From the NCBI GenBank assembly GCA_048485235.1, contig DBFWCI010000004.1, positions 3,267-67,266 on the forward strand: 64,000 bases of DNA. Reading direction: 5' to 3'. This stretch comes from Collinsella sp. GTDB lineage: Bacteria > Actinomycetota > Coriobacteriia > Coriobacteriales > Coriobacteriaceae. The position numbers and the translations under genes are program-made. Under the pieces are notes generated by a model. The model did no database searches. It was not told the DNA's origin and worked only from the letters and a program-made list of their open reading frames with translations. Shown piece by piece: positions 1 through 9,168 of this stretch (its first letter is position 1; each line of letters begins with the position of its first letter).

Positions 1-266
1 CAGCCGTCAATCCAGTGTTTGTTGAAGGCGTTAACGACGTACTGCGAATCGGAATGGACCTCGACCTCGCAGGGGCGGTTAAGTGCCTCGAGCGCCACGA
101 TGACCGCCATGAGCTCCATGCGGTTGTTGGTGGTCTTGGCGTAACCGCGCGAAAGCTCGGAGGTGAAGGTCTTGCCGGCGGGGTTGGTGTATTTGAGCAC
201 GGCGCCGTAGCCGCCGCGTCCCGGATTTGATCGGGCCGAGCCGTCGGTATAGATGATGACCTTCAC
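1..266 (-). CDS. rnhA: Ribonuclease HI (N-terminal part; gene runs off the window edge)
   Basis: Not in the ORF track because it is open at the edge. Reverse translation from GTG at 266 gives [70 protein letters not shown], the classic RNase H type 1 motifs. Confidence 0.85.
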   Translation of the reverse strand, partial: MKVIIYTDGSARSNPGRGGYGAVLKYTNPAGKTFTSELSRGYAKTTNNRMELMAVIVALEALNRPCEVEVHSDSQYVVNAFNKHWIDG

Positions 267-365
267 GGGCTTCCTTTCGTTGGGTACGTTTCGTGTGAGT
301 GACCATTGTAGCGCCATGCCCGCCGGGGGCTAGCAATCTACGATTTCTATCCCGTCTTCCGACAG

Positions 366-1277
366 TTAGTTGGCATGGATGATGCGGTTGAGCTCGTCGA
401 GGTATTGCTGCAAGAGGGGAGAGGGCTTGCGCTCGTCGTGCATGATATAGCCTACGTGCATCGTTGGGGCGTCTGCTAACGGGATCGATGCCATACCCCA
501 TTGCATTTCATTGGAGAGGACACCGGTCGACAGGGTGTAACCGTTCGACGTGATAAGTAAGTTAGTAAGTGTTCCGCGGTCCGAGATTCGTATGTTGCGG
601 TCGCAAGGGATATAGCTAAAAGGTTCCTCGGCGTAATAGAAGGAGTTTGAGGTTCCCTGTTCAAAGCTGTAGCGCGTATAGGGTGTGAGGTCGGCAAGGG
701 ACAGCTGCGGGCGGCGGGCAAGCGGGTGGCGCTCGCTAACGAAGACGTGGACCGTCGCGTCGAATAGGGGATGGAAGCTCGCGCGCGCATCGGCAAAAGC
801 CTTCTGCAGAACACGGGCGTTAAAGTCATCCAGATACAGAATGCCGATATCGCTGCGAAACGCGCGGACGTCATCGATGATCTGCGATGTGGTAGTCTCG
901 CGCATGATGAACTCGAACTTGCTGTCGCGGCAGCGCTCGACCACGTTGACAAAGGCCTCGACCGAAAAGGCGTAGTGCTGGGCGGAAATGGCGAGGCGGG
1001 CTTGCGGGGTGCCGCCGTCCTCGTAGCGCGCCTCGAGCATATCGGCCTGCTCTACGACCTGGCGCGCATAGCCCAAAAGCTCGGTGCCGTCGTTGGTGAG
1101 CGTGACGCCGCGGCTGGAGCGCGTAAAGATCTCCAGGTGGAGCTCCTGTTCCAGGCTTTTGACGGCGTTTGAGATGTTGGACTGAGCGGTATAGAGGCGC
1201 TGAGCTGCGGCATTGATTGAGCCGGACTCTGCTACGGCGATCAGGAAACGAAGCTGCTGGAGGGTCATCGGCGCCAT
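366..1277 (-). CDS. LysR-family transcriptional regulator
   Basis: 303-aa ORF. N-terminal HTH LQQLRFLIAVAESGSINAAAQRLYTAQSNISNAVKSLEQEL followed by a LysR substrate-binding-type C-terminus. Divergent from metY. Confidence 0.9.
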   Translation of the reverse strand: MAPMTLQQLRFLIAVAESGSINAAAQRLYTAQSNISNAVKSLEQELHLEIFTRSSRGVTLTNDGTELLGYARQVVEQADMLEARYEDGGTPQARLAISAQHYAFSVEAFVNVVERCRDSKFEFIMRETTTSQIIDDVRAFRSDIGILYLDDFNARVLQKAFADARASFHPLFDATVHVFVSERHPLARRPQLSLADLTPYTRYSFEQGTSNSFYYAEEPFSYIPCDRNIRISDRGTLTNLLITSNGYTLSTGVLSNEMQWGMASIPLADAPTMHVGYIMHDERKPSPLLQQYLDELNRIIHAN

Positions 1278-1287
1278 CCTTTCGAGT

Positions 1288-1308
1288 GTTATCTATATAA
1301 CCGATAAC
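1288..1308. promoter_or_regulatory. Candidate LysR-type operator (GTTATC-N9-GATAAC, T-N11-A style)
   Basis: Perfect 6-bp inverted repeat, 11 nt upstream of the LysR start, in the divergent lysR/metY intergenic region. Confidence 0.4.
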
Positions 1309-1541
1309 AGGTTAGCGCTTTTAAGTGATTGACCGAGGGAAACAATGCTCGTACTATTCAAAACACACAAAGGCGGTAGGTAATTAAACCGACCACGGAA
1401 CCGGGATGCGAAAGGAGGCCCGCATATGAATTGCTTACCAAGACGAATGCCGGGCTCCTGTTTGCGCCCGTCGGCGTGATCAGGAGACAGCGACTTACTT
1501 CTCTCTAATTTATTAACTTTTGTTCGATCAAGGAGATCATC

Positions 1542-2852
1542 ATGAGCCAGTTCATCAACAACCCCGAGCACACCTTTGGTTTCGATACCCTGCAGCTTCA
1601 CGTTGGCCAGGAGAGCGCCGATCCCGCATCCGACTCCCGCGCCGTGCCTATCTACCAGACCACGAGCTATGTGTTCCGCAACTCCCAGCACGCCGCCGAT
1701 CGCTTTGGTCTTGCCGACGCCGGTAACATCTACGGCCGTCTGACCAACTCCACCCAGGGCGTCTTCGAGGACCGTATCGCCGCACTCGAGGGTGGTGTGG
1801 CAGGTCTTGTCGTCGCCTCCGGTGCTGCTGCCATCACCTATACCCTGCAGGCTCTTGCCCAGGCCGGTGACCACGTGGTGGCTCAGAAGACCATCTACGG
1901 TGGCTCCTACAACCTGCTGGAGCATACGCTCTCCCAGTTTGGCGTCGAGACCACCTTCGTCGATGCCCACAACCTGGACGAGGTCGAGGGCACCATCAAG
2001 GACAACACCACGGTCATCTACCTCGAGACGCTCGGCAACCCCAACTCCGACATCCCCAACATCGACGCCATCTCCGAGATCGCCAAGAAGCACGGTTTAC
2101 CGGTTGTCGTCGACAACACCTTCGGCACCCCGTATCTGTTCCGTCCGCTGGAGCATGGTGCCAACATCGTCGTCCACTCCGCAACCAAGTTTATCGGCGG
2201 CCACGGCACCTCGCTGGGCGGTGTGATCGTCGACGGCGGTAACTTCGATTGGAAGGCGAGCGGCAAGTATGAGCAGATTGCCGAGCCCAACCCCTCCTAC
2301 CATGGCGTCTCGTTTGCCGAGGCTGCCGGTCCCGCCGCCTTCGCAACCTATGTCCGCGCCATCCTGCTGCGTGACGAGGGCGCCTGCATCAGCCCGTTCA
2401 ACGCTTGGATCCTGCTCCAGGGCACCGAGACTCTGTCGCTGCGCGTTGACCGTCATGTCGAGAACACCAAGAAGGTCGTTGAGTTCCTGGCTGGTGATAG
2501 CCATGTCGCCAAGGTGAACCACCCGAGCCTGTCTGAGCACCCCGATCACGAGCTCTATCAGAAGTACTTCCCCAACGGCGGTGCCTCGATCTTTACCTTT
2601 GAGATTAAGGGTGGCCAGGAGGCAGCTTGGAAGTTCATCGATCATCTGCAGGTCTTCTCGCTGCTCGCCAACGTGGCCGACGTCAAGTCGCTCGTCGTGC
2701 ACCCGGCTACCACCACGCACTCCCAGCTCTCTGCCGAGGAGCTCGCCGAGCAGAACATCACGCCCTCCACGATCCGTCTTTCCATCGGTACCGAGAACGC
2801 CGAGGATATCATTTGGGATCTGAAGCAGGCCTTCGCCGCGCTGGACGAGTAA
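1542..2852 (+). CDS. metY: O-acetylhomoserine sulfhydrylase (PLP-dependent Cys/Met metabolism family)
   Basis: 436 aa. The N-terminus FDTLQLHVGQE..DSRAVPIYQTTSYVF..GNIYGRLTNST and overall length are typical of MetY/MetZ-type enzymes. SD AAGGAG lies 7 nt upstream. Confidence 0.9.
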   Translation: MSQFINNPEHTFGFDTLQLHVGQESADPASDSRAVPIYQTTSYVFRNSQHAADRFGLADAGNIYGRLTNSTQGVFEDRIAALEGGVAGLVVASGAAAITYTLQALAQAGDHVVAQKTIYGGSYNLLEHTLSQFGVETTFVDAHNLDEVEGTIKDNTTVIYLETLGNPNSDIPNIDAISEIAKKHGLPVVVDNTFGTPYLFRPLEHGANIVVHSATKFIGGHGTSLGGVIVDGGNFDWKASGKYEQIAEPNPSYHGVSFAEAAGPAAFATYVRAILLRDEGACISPFNAWILLQGTETLSLRVDRHVENTKKVVEFLAGDSHVAKVNHPSLSEHPDHELYQKYFPNGGASIFTFEIKGGQEAAWKFIDHLQVFSLLANVADVKSLVVHPATTTHSQLSAEELAEQNITPSTIRLSIGTENAEDIIWDLKQAFAALDE

Positions 2853-2914
2853 GGCGACTTGTGCAAGGACCCCTTGCGACTCGATAGGTATAACTGCATA
2901 AAATGCCTGCTCAA

Positions 2915-2954
2915 GGCGCCTGTGCGAACAATGGTTGCACAGGCGCCTTTTTTG
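2915..2954 (+). terminator. Rho-independent terminator after metY
   Basis: GGCGCCTGTGC-loop-GCACAGGCGCC followed by TTTTTT. Confidence 0.8.
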
Positions 2955-3164
2955 CATAGAGCGGGTGCAAAAACAGGGTTTTTGGCATGCTTTATGCAAT
3001 CGAGATGTGGAAAACTCCTGTTAAGAGGATGTGAGTTTTACGCAATTGACGTGCGCCTTTTGAGTAAAAACGCAGGTCGCGATTTGCTCGGGGTACTATG
3101 CAGCGCAATCGAATCACACGCAGCTCAAACGCAGCAAAAACGCACTACGGAGGTTTCCAGCTAC

Positions 3165-3938
3165 ATGAGGATCGATTCACGAAAACCGAAAGCCGCCGCC
3201 CTTTCCGCCGCTCTGACCGTGGCACTTTTGGCGGGCGCCGGTGCAACTGATGCCCACGCGGCAACACTATCCGATACGGTTGGATCTACGCCGTCCGAGA
3301 CGACGCTGGTACAGCCCGTTGACTATCGCGGCGATGGTTATGGTTCCATGCAGGAGTGGAACGCCTCGATGGAGGCCAAGCGCGATTCCCTGGAGATGCG
3401 CGCTCAGATCATCATGAATATGTATGGCGACTATGCCACCGATGACGAGCGCGCTGTGCTGCAGGGTTGCATCGACGGTGCGGGTAGCCTGTTGACGATG
3501 GGGAAGGTCGACGCCAAGTCGACCGAGCTCGATGAGCTGCGCACTGCGCTTGAGGATGCCAAGCGCGAAGCGCTCGAGGCTGCCGCCGAGGCGGAGGCTG
3601 CCGAGGTCGCCCAGGCTTCGTACTACAACGCCGGTTACACTCCGTCCTACGCGTCTGCCGCGTCCTACGCGAACGGATCGGGCCTGACGCGCTCTGCGGG
3701 TGTCAATAACTACAACGGGCGCCGCGAGACCTATTACAGCAGCAATGTGCTTTATCACTATCGCACGGGCGAATGGACTCAGGATTCTGAGGGCTTTTGG
3801 CGCGATTCCGACGGCTATTACGTTGTTGCCGCGGGCGATATGGCCCAGGGCTCGACCTTTACGGGCTCCAAGGGTGATTGCAAGGTCTATGACTCCGGCT
3901 GCGCTGCCGGAACCACCGACTACTACACTGGCTGGTAA
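3165..3938 (+). CDS. Secreted protein: signal peptide, coiled-coil, C-terminal Tyr/Gly-rich domain resembling a 3D/RlpA-like cell-wall lytic domain
   Basis: Start moved to ATG 3165 (GGAGG 12 nt upstream), because the ORF-track start at 2859 lies upstream of the metY terminator. MRIDSRKPKAAALSAALTVALLAGAGATDAHA is a signal peptide. The C-terminal ..GYYVVAAGDMAQGSTF..GDCKVYDSGCAAGTTDYY fits the 3D-domain pattern only loosely. Confidence 0.6.
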   Translation: MRIDSRKPKAAALSAALTVALLAGAGATDAHAATLSDTVGSTPSETTLVQPVDYRGDGYGSMQEWNASMEAKRDSLEMRAQIIMNMYGDYATDDERAVLQGCIDGAGSLLTMGKVDAKSTELDELRTALEDAKREALEAAAEAEAAEVAQASYYNAGYTPSYASAASYANGSGLTRSAGVNNYNGRRETYYSSNVLYHYRTGEWTQDSEGFWRDSDGYYVVAAGDMAQGSTFTGSKGDCKVYDSGCAAGTTDYYTGW

Positions 3939-4124
3939 TTTTTCTGCATCACGGATATTTGGCGGACGGGCGTCTTTACCGAGCTTTAGGGCAACGTAAG
4001 GACGCCCGTTCTATGTATGCGTTTGAGTTAACAGAGCCCTTACCGTGGCGGTACGCTGGGCGTATGGATGCGGGGCACACTGGTTCTTGAGAAATAAGGT
4101 CTTTCTCTTGGAGGAAGTGGTCTT

Positions 4125-4331
4125 GTGAATGCTCGAGATATTGCCGTTGCCGCCATTGCATTGACGCTTGGTTGCCTTGGTCCTACGGCCGCGCTCGTCG
4201 CAGGTGTGCAGGGGTCTTGTGGGGCTGCCTCTATTGTGGTCGGCGCGTTGATCGCGGCCGCGCTGCTGGGAAGTGCGGGTGTAGTCCTTTGTCGCGACGA
4301 TGAGGGGCAGGCGTCGGAGTCGCAGCTCTAA
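4125..4331 (+). CDS. Small hydrophobic membrane protein (68 aa)
   Basis: GTG start with GGAGGAAG SD. Two predicted hydrophobic helices. No family recognised. Confidence 0.45.
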   Translation: MNARDIAVAAIALTLGCLGPTAALVAGVQGSCGAASIVVGALIAAALLGSAGVVLCRDDEGQASESQL

Positions 4332-4363
4332 CCGTTGTGAAGCTGATTTTTGGCCAAAGATGA

Positions 4364-4408
4364 AAAAGGAAGCCGCTGCGAGGGGAGTGCCCCTTGCGGC
4401 GGCTTTGC
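4364..4408. terminator. Bidirectional terminator between convergent genes
   Basis: AAGCCGCTGCGAGGGG-AGTG-CCCCTTGCGGCGGCTT, flanked by an A-run and a T-rich tail. Confidence 0.7.
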
Positions 4409-4440
4409 CATTGGATCTGTTGGCTGCAGTATGCCGAGCA

Positions 4441-5364
4441 CTACCAGCTGCTTTCTATTTCGCGAATCCTCTGGTAGAGCCAATCGTTTTGCGGCACTTG
4501 GATATCGTGTTTGGCGGCCAGGCGGCAAATGGTGCCCGCGAACTCCTCGACTTCGGTTTTTCGTTGTGCGATGCGGTCCTGCGCCATCGAGGGCATACCG
4601 GCGGGGTCGATTCCCTCGATGAGGTGCACCATTTGCGTCAGATCTGCCTCGGTCAGCTCAACGCCCTCGGCGTTGGCGACCGCAAGCGTCTCGCGCATGG
4701 CGGAGACAAAACAGCGGCGCTGCTCGGAGCCCGGCTCCGTGGCGCTTCCGTAGGTCCCGCCGTAGGCCATGCAGGTCTGGTTGATGCCGTCGTTGAGCAT
4801 GAGTTTGGCCCACATGCGGTGCGCAATGTCGCTCTCGACGGTATGGGCGATGCCGCAGCGCGTATAGAGCTCGTCGATAGCGGCGACGGTCGCGGGGTCC
4901 GTGCCGGCCGCCGCGCCAAAGCGGATCTCGCCCGCATTGGTAAAGGTGAGCGCGCCGTTGAGGAACACGGCGTCCATGCCCTGGCAGATACCAAGAACGG
5001 TATGCTCCCAGCCAAAGCGTTCGGCAATCTTTTGCTCGCTCGTAATGCCGTTGCACAGCGAGGCGATGAGCGTGTTGGGTCCCACGACACGCTCCATAGT
5101 CTTGAGTGCTTGGTCGAGACCGGTGGTCTTGACTGTCAGGATGACCAGATCGGCGGGCGTTGCCTCGCTGGCGCGGACGGACGTGAGGTCGCAGGGCTTG
5201 CCGTTGACGGTGAGCGCGTCGTTCGCATGACGCTCAAAACGGGCATCATCCATGACGTATTCGACGGCGTCGTTGCCGAGCGCCCGGGCGATCATGCTGC
5301 CGTAGAGCAGGCCGACGCCGCCCTTGCCGATAAAGGCGACCTTGTTGATCTGCATGTGAATCAT
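4441..5364 (-). CDS. panE: 2-dehydropantoate 2-reductase (ketopantoate reductase)
   Basis: VAFIGKGGVGLLYG Rossmann motif and ApbA/PanE-like length. ATG at 5355 (MQINK..) has the better-spaced SD (GGGAGA) and may be the true start. Confidence 0.85.
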   Translation of the reverse strand: MIHMQINKVAFIGKGGVGLLYGSMIARALGNDAVEYVMDDARFERHANDALTVNGKPCDLTSVRASEATPADLVILTVKTTGLDQALKTMERVVGPNTLIASLCNGITSEQKIAERFGWEHTVLGICQGMDAVFLNGALTFTNAGEIRFGAAAGTDPATVAAIDELYTRCGIAHTVESDIAHRMWAKLMLNDGINQTCMAYGGTYGSATEPGSEQRRCFVSAMRETLAVANAEGVELTEADLTQMVHLIEGIDPAGMPSMAQDRIAQRKTEVEEFAGTICRLAAKHDIQVPQNDWLYQRIREIESSW

Positions 5365-5681
5365 CTCCCCATGTAAAAGGCGCCCGCGTAAGGGGCGCCT
5401 GATGGATTGTATGCTGCCAGGGTGATTGGTGGGTGCGCGGGGCGGCTGTTATGAAAAAGAAACTATTGCGCTGTGCGCTTATGCCACGGGGCAGACCGCA
5501 AAGACATGCGCGTGGGCATGGGCGACTCCTTTCATCGGGCTTTTTGCTGGTGTTAAAGCGGTGCCGTGACGGCTCGATTTCTGCTACGTTACGATACGTT
5601 CTCGATTACGATTCCAATGTGTTTCGACGACGTGACCATTGTGTTTCGCCTCATTAGGGCTTCGAGGGGAGAGGAGGGGCA

Positions 5682-6869
5682 GTGCAATATCGCGTTGACC
5701 CCAAAAGCGGCAACCGTATCTCGGCGCTGGGGCTGGGTTGCATGAGGTTTCCCGGTGCGCCGGGACACCCCGATGCGAAGACGGCCGATGCCATCATTTC
5801 CCGTGCGGTGGAGCAAGGAATAACCTATCTGGACACGGCCTATCTCTACCCCGGTAACGAAGCTTGTGTGGGAGCTTCGCTTGAGCGCCTGGGTCTACGC
5901 GACCAGATTTTGCTCGCGACCAAGTTGCCGCACGCTTCGTGCAAATGTGCGGAGGATTTCGACCGCTTTTTTGACGAGCAGCTGCACCGTTTGCGGACTG
6001 ACCATATCGACTACTACCTCATGCACAACATCACCTCGCCCGTGCAGTGGGAGTGCGTGGCAGCGTTGGGTATCGAGGACTGGATTGCGCACCAAAAGGC
6101 TGCGGGGCGTATTCGCCAGATAGGTTTTTCGTACCACGGCAGTGCGGCGGACTTCCTTACGATGCTTGACGCGTACGACTGGGACTTTTGCCAGATCCAG
6201 TACAACTACGCTGGAGAGCGCTACCAAGCGGGAACGGCGGGACTCATGGCAGCCGCCGAGCGCGGGCTCGCGGTGTTTGTGATGGAACCGCTTTTGGGTG
6301 GACGCCTGGCGGGCAAGCTGCCTCCGCGGGCCCGTGCCGTGCTCGATGGCGTACGCGATCCGTACCTGAAGACACCGGCTGCTTGGGGCCTTTCGTGGGT
6401 GTGGAATCATCCTCAGGTCACGATGCTGCTATCGGGTATGACCGATACCGCGCAGGTGGACGAGAACGCGGCATTGGCGGATCGCGCACTGCCGGATTCG
6501 ATGACGACAGAGCAGCTCGATACCATCGCACGTGTGCTGGGAGAGTTTGAGAAATCGAATCGCGTGCCCTGTACGGGGTGCGGCTACTGCATGCCGTGCC
6601 CCAAGGGCATCAATATTCCCGGTTGCTTTGGCGCCTACAACGCGAGCTGCGCGCATAGTTGGTTTACGGGGCTGTCTCAATACTTTACGGCGAGCGCGGT
6701 GCGGACGAACGAGCCCAAGCTAGTGAGCAATTGCGTCAAGTGCGGTAAATGCGCACGTCACTGCCCGCAGCACATCGATATCCCCGAGCGTCTCGACGAT
6801 GTGCGCCGACGTTTCCAGCCTGGCCCCGTAACGGCCGCGCTTAAAGCTTTTTGCAAAACGCGCTCCTGA
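5682..6869 (+). CDS. Aldo/keto reductase with C-terminal 4Fe-4S ferredoxin-type domain
   Basis: ISALGLGCMRF..GITYLDTAYLY is the AKR core. The C-terminus has CTGCGYCMPCP and CVKCGKCARHCP cluster motifs. GTG start with GAGGAGGGG SD. Confidence 0.85.
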   Translation: MQYRVDPKSGNRISALGLGCMRFPGAPGHPDAKTADAIISRAVEQGITYLDTAYLYPGNEACVGASLERLGLRDQILLATKLPHASCKCAEDFDRFFDEQLHRLRTDHIDYYLMHNITSPVQWECVAALGIEDWIAHQKAAGRIRQIGFSYHGSAADFLTMLDAYDWDFCQIQYNYAGERYQAGTAGLMAAAERGLAVFVMEPLLGGRLAGKLPPRARAVLDGVRDPYLKTPAAWGLSWVWNHPQVTMLLSGMTDTAQVDENAALADRALPDSMTTEQLDTIARVLGEFEKSNRVPCTGCGYCMPCPKGINIPGCFGAYNASCAHSWFTGLSQYFTASAVRTNEPKLVSNCVKCGKCARHCPQHIDIPERLDDVRRRFQPGPVTAALKAFCKTRS

Positions 6870-6957
6870 TGCCCCTTTTATAAGTTGCGGTGGAATAGTT
6901 CCTGTTTGCGGCAAAATAGGGCTTAAACAGGAACTATTCCACCGCAACTGAAGGGGG
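6866..6957 (+). repeat. 92-nt palindromic intergenic element, copy 1
   Basis: Perfect 25-bp stem AGTTGCGGTGGAATAGTTCCTGTTT / AAACAGGAACTATTCCACCGCAACT plus outer CCCCTT/AAGGGG pairing. About 90% identical to 8053-8146. Confidence 0.8.
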
Positions 6958-6962
6958 CTGTC

Positions 6963-7982
6963 GTGGGCCATCGGGATTCATGTGATGATTTGCGTGAGAT
7001 TCGTTGGGGCGTTTTGGGCGCTGGGCGCATTTCGCATCGATTTGCATCGTCGCTCAAGGAGGTGGACGGGGCACGGCTTGTGGCTGCCGCCGGTCGCACT
7101 CCTTCGCATGTTGAGGAGTTTTGCAGGGCGTTTTCGATTGATGCCGCGCACAGTTATGCCACGGCTGACGATAACGGCGATGCAGCTTATGATGCGTTGA
7201 TTGCCGACCCCGATGTCGACGCAATCTACTTGGCTCTTCCACATGGCATGCATGCGCATTGGGTCTGTCGGGCACTGCGCGCGGGAAAGGCCGTGCTGTG
7301 CGAAAAGCCGGCCGTTTTGAATGAAGAAGAGGCTCTCTCGATTGCCTCCACCTCTCGCGAGCGCGGTGTGCTGTTTATGGAGGCGATGAAAAATCGGTTT
7401 TGCCCGATGCGTACTCGCGTGAAGGGCTTGCTTGCGTCGGGCGAGCTCGGCCGTATCGTCTCGATTGAAAGCGTGCAAAAACTCGATTATGGTGAGCCCC
7501 CTTCGAGTTATCTGCTCGACCCGTTGCAGGGTGGCTGTCTATATGACATGGGCTGCTATGCGGTCGGGTGGTTTGAGGATCTACTTGCGGGTGCGTGCGA
7601 TGTTTCGTCTCGTGAAGTTCGCTGGCGTGACGTATCGGGCGGCCGCGTTGATTGGGCCGACGAGATCCGTATGAGCGTCGGCGGCATACCCATTCATATG
7701 GCGTGCGACGGCAAGGCAGCATATGAAAGCCGCTTAACGATTGCCTGCGAGCGGGGCTCGTTGGAAATCGAGCGCCTCCATCGCCCCGAGCTCGCCCATG
7801 TGAAATACTCCGACGGACGAATGCTCGAAATAAATGCCCCGTTTGAGGTCGATGATTTCTACGGCGAAATCCAGCATGCGACCCAGCTCATCCGGGCGGG
7901 GAAACTCGAGAGTCCCGTCATGTCCCTTGCCGCCACACAGCGCTGCGCGCACATTATCGATGCAATCCGTCTAGCCCTCTAG
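6963..7982 (+). CDS. Gfo/Idh/MocA-family NAD(P)-dependent oxidoreductase
   Basis: IRWGVLGAGRISHRF..DAIYLALPHGMHAHW..GKAVLCEKP is the typical N-terminal Rossmann/EKP motif. GTG start. Confidence 0.85.
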   Translation: MGHRDSCDDLREIRWGVLGAGRISHRFASSLKEVDGARLVAAAGRTPSHVEEFCRAFSIDAAHSYATADDNGDAAYDALIADPDVDAIYLALPHGMHAHWVCRALRAGKAVLCEKPAVLNEEEALSIASTSRERGVLFMEAMKNRFCPMRTRVKGLLASGELGRIVSIESVQKLDYGEPPSSYLLDPLQGGCLYDMGCYAVGWFEDLLAGACDVSSREVRWRDVSGGRVDWADEIRMSVGGIPIHMACDGKAAYESRLTIACERGSLEIERLHRPELAHVKYSDGRMLEINAPFEVDDFYGEIQHATQLIRAGKLESPVMSLAATQRCAHIIDAIRLAL

Positions 7983-8052
7983 GACTTGGCGCTGACGCGT
8001 AGGGAATCATGAGGCTGGCGCCCGTAGCCGCAGTGCTTGGTGGCCCGCATCT

Positions 8053-8146
8053 CTGATGCCCCTTTTATAAGTTGCGGTGGAATAGTTCCTGTTTGCGGCA
8101 GAATAGGGGCCAAACAGGAACTATTTCACCGCAACTGATGAGGGGG
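8053..8146 (+). repeat. 92-nt palindromic intergenic element, copy 2
   Basis: Same element as 6866-6957, in the same orientation. The single stem difference gives a G-U pair if read as plus-strand RNA. Confidence 0.8.
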
Positions 8147-8154
8147 AGCTGGGG

Positions 8155-9021
8155 ATGCTGACGATCGGGTGTCACCTATCCACGACGAAGGGCTATCGGG
8201 CAATGGGGGAGACGGCGCTATCCATTGGCGCCAATACCTTTGCATTCTTTACGCGCAACCCGCGTGGTGGCAAGGCGAAAGACCTTGACATGGATGACGT
8301 GGCGGCCCTGCGCGAGCTTATGGAGCAAAACGACTTCGCCCCACTCGTGGCGCATGCCCCCTATACCTACAACCCCTGTTCTGCCAAAGAGCGGGCGCGT
8401 GAGTTTGCCTTGGAGGCAATGGCCGAAGACTTGCAGCGTCTGGAAGCACTGCCCGGCAACTACTACAACTTTCACCCCGGCGCACATGTGGGGCAGGGGA
8501 CTGATGCCGGCATTCAGATGATCGTCGACACCCTGTGCCAGGTGATGTTTGAGGGCCAGCAGACGACGGTGTTGCTCGAGACCATGGCCGGCAAGGGCAC
8601 CGAGGTGGGCCGCAGCTTTGAGGAGCTGGCGCTCATCATCGAGGGCGTTGCCGACAAGCGCCCCGAGCTGTCGGCCAAGCTGGGCGTGTGTCTGGACACC
8701 TGCCATGTGAATGACGCCGGCTATGACATCGTCTGCGATCTTGACGGTGTGCTTGACGAGTTCGATCGTGTGGTGGGTATCGAGCGCCTGCGCGCCGTGC
8801 ACATCAATGACTCCAAGAATCCCTGCGGCGCCCATAAGGACCGCCACGAATGCATCGGTAAGGGCTATCTGGGTAGTGAAGAGTTTGGCGGCGGTATGCA
8901 GGTTATGCAGAATATTGTATTGAATAGCCGCTTGCGTGCGCTTCCATTCATTTTGGAGACGCCTAACGAACTTGCAGGTTATGCAGCGGAAATTACGCTA
9001 TTAAGGTCATTGCAGCAGTAA
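8155..9021 (+). CDS. nfo: Deoxyribonuclease IV (endonuclease IV)
   Basis: 288 aa, [60 protein letters not shown] are conserved Nfo motifs. Confidence 0.9.
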   Translation: MLTIGCHLSTTKGYRAMGETALSIGANTFAFFTRNPRGGKAKDLDMDDVAALRELMEQNDFAPLVAHAPYTYNPCSAKERAREFALEAMAEDLQRLEALPGNYYNFHPGAHVGQGTDAGIQMIVDTLCQVMFEGQQTTVLLETMAGKGTEVGRSFEELALIIEGVADKRPELSAKLGVCLDTCHVNDAGYDIVCDLDGVLDEFDRVVGIERLRAVHINDSKNPCGAHKDRHECIGKGYLGSEEFGGGMQVMQNIVLNSRLRALPFILETPNELAGYAAEITLLRSLQQ

Positions 9022-9168
9022 TGACTGTCACAAAGTGGAGTGTTCCATTCACGTTATGGGTTTGTTTCAATCAGTTTTCTAATTGCAGTTTCGCATTTAC
9101 GGGTGCATAATATCCAACAGTTTTTGCAGACCTCTGAATCAAACGGGGTCACCGGAAGGAGACTGATT

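Noticed and set aside
1309-1541. Possible SAM riboswitch or T-box in the 230-nt metY leader
   Set aside because: I looked for SAM-I, SAM-IV and T-box core sequences (GAGGGA..GGCCC..GCAACC, specifier/T-box motif) and found none. Regulation by the divergent LysR protein is the simpler explanation. A cmsearch would be needed to be definitive.
2859-3164. Upstream 102 codons of ORF 2859-3938
   Set aside because: This stretch contains the metY terminator and has no SD. A signal peptide with a good SD starts at 3165.
4300-5376. 358-aa ORF on the plus strand
   Set aside because: It is antisense to panE and crosses the bidirectional terminator at 4364-4408.
5433-5657. 74-aa ORF in the panE/AKR intergenic region
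   Set aside because: It is Arg-rich and low-complexity, with no SD and no recognisable family. It is probably non-coding leader or promoter DNA.
6866-8146. The repeated 92-nt elements as a CRISPR array
   Set aside because: There are only two copies, about 1.1 kb apart, separated by a normal gene. The repeats are far longer than CRISPR repeats, and there are no cas genes.
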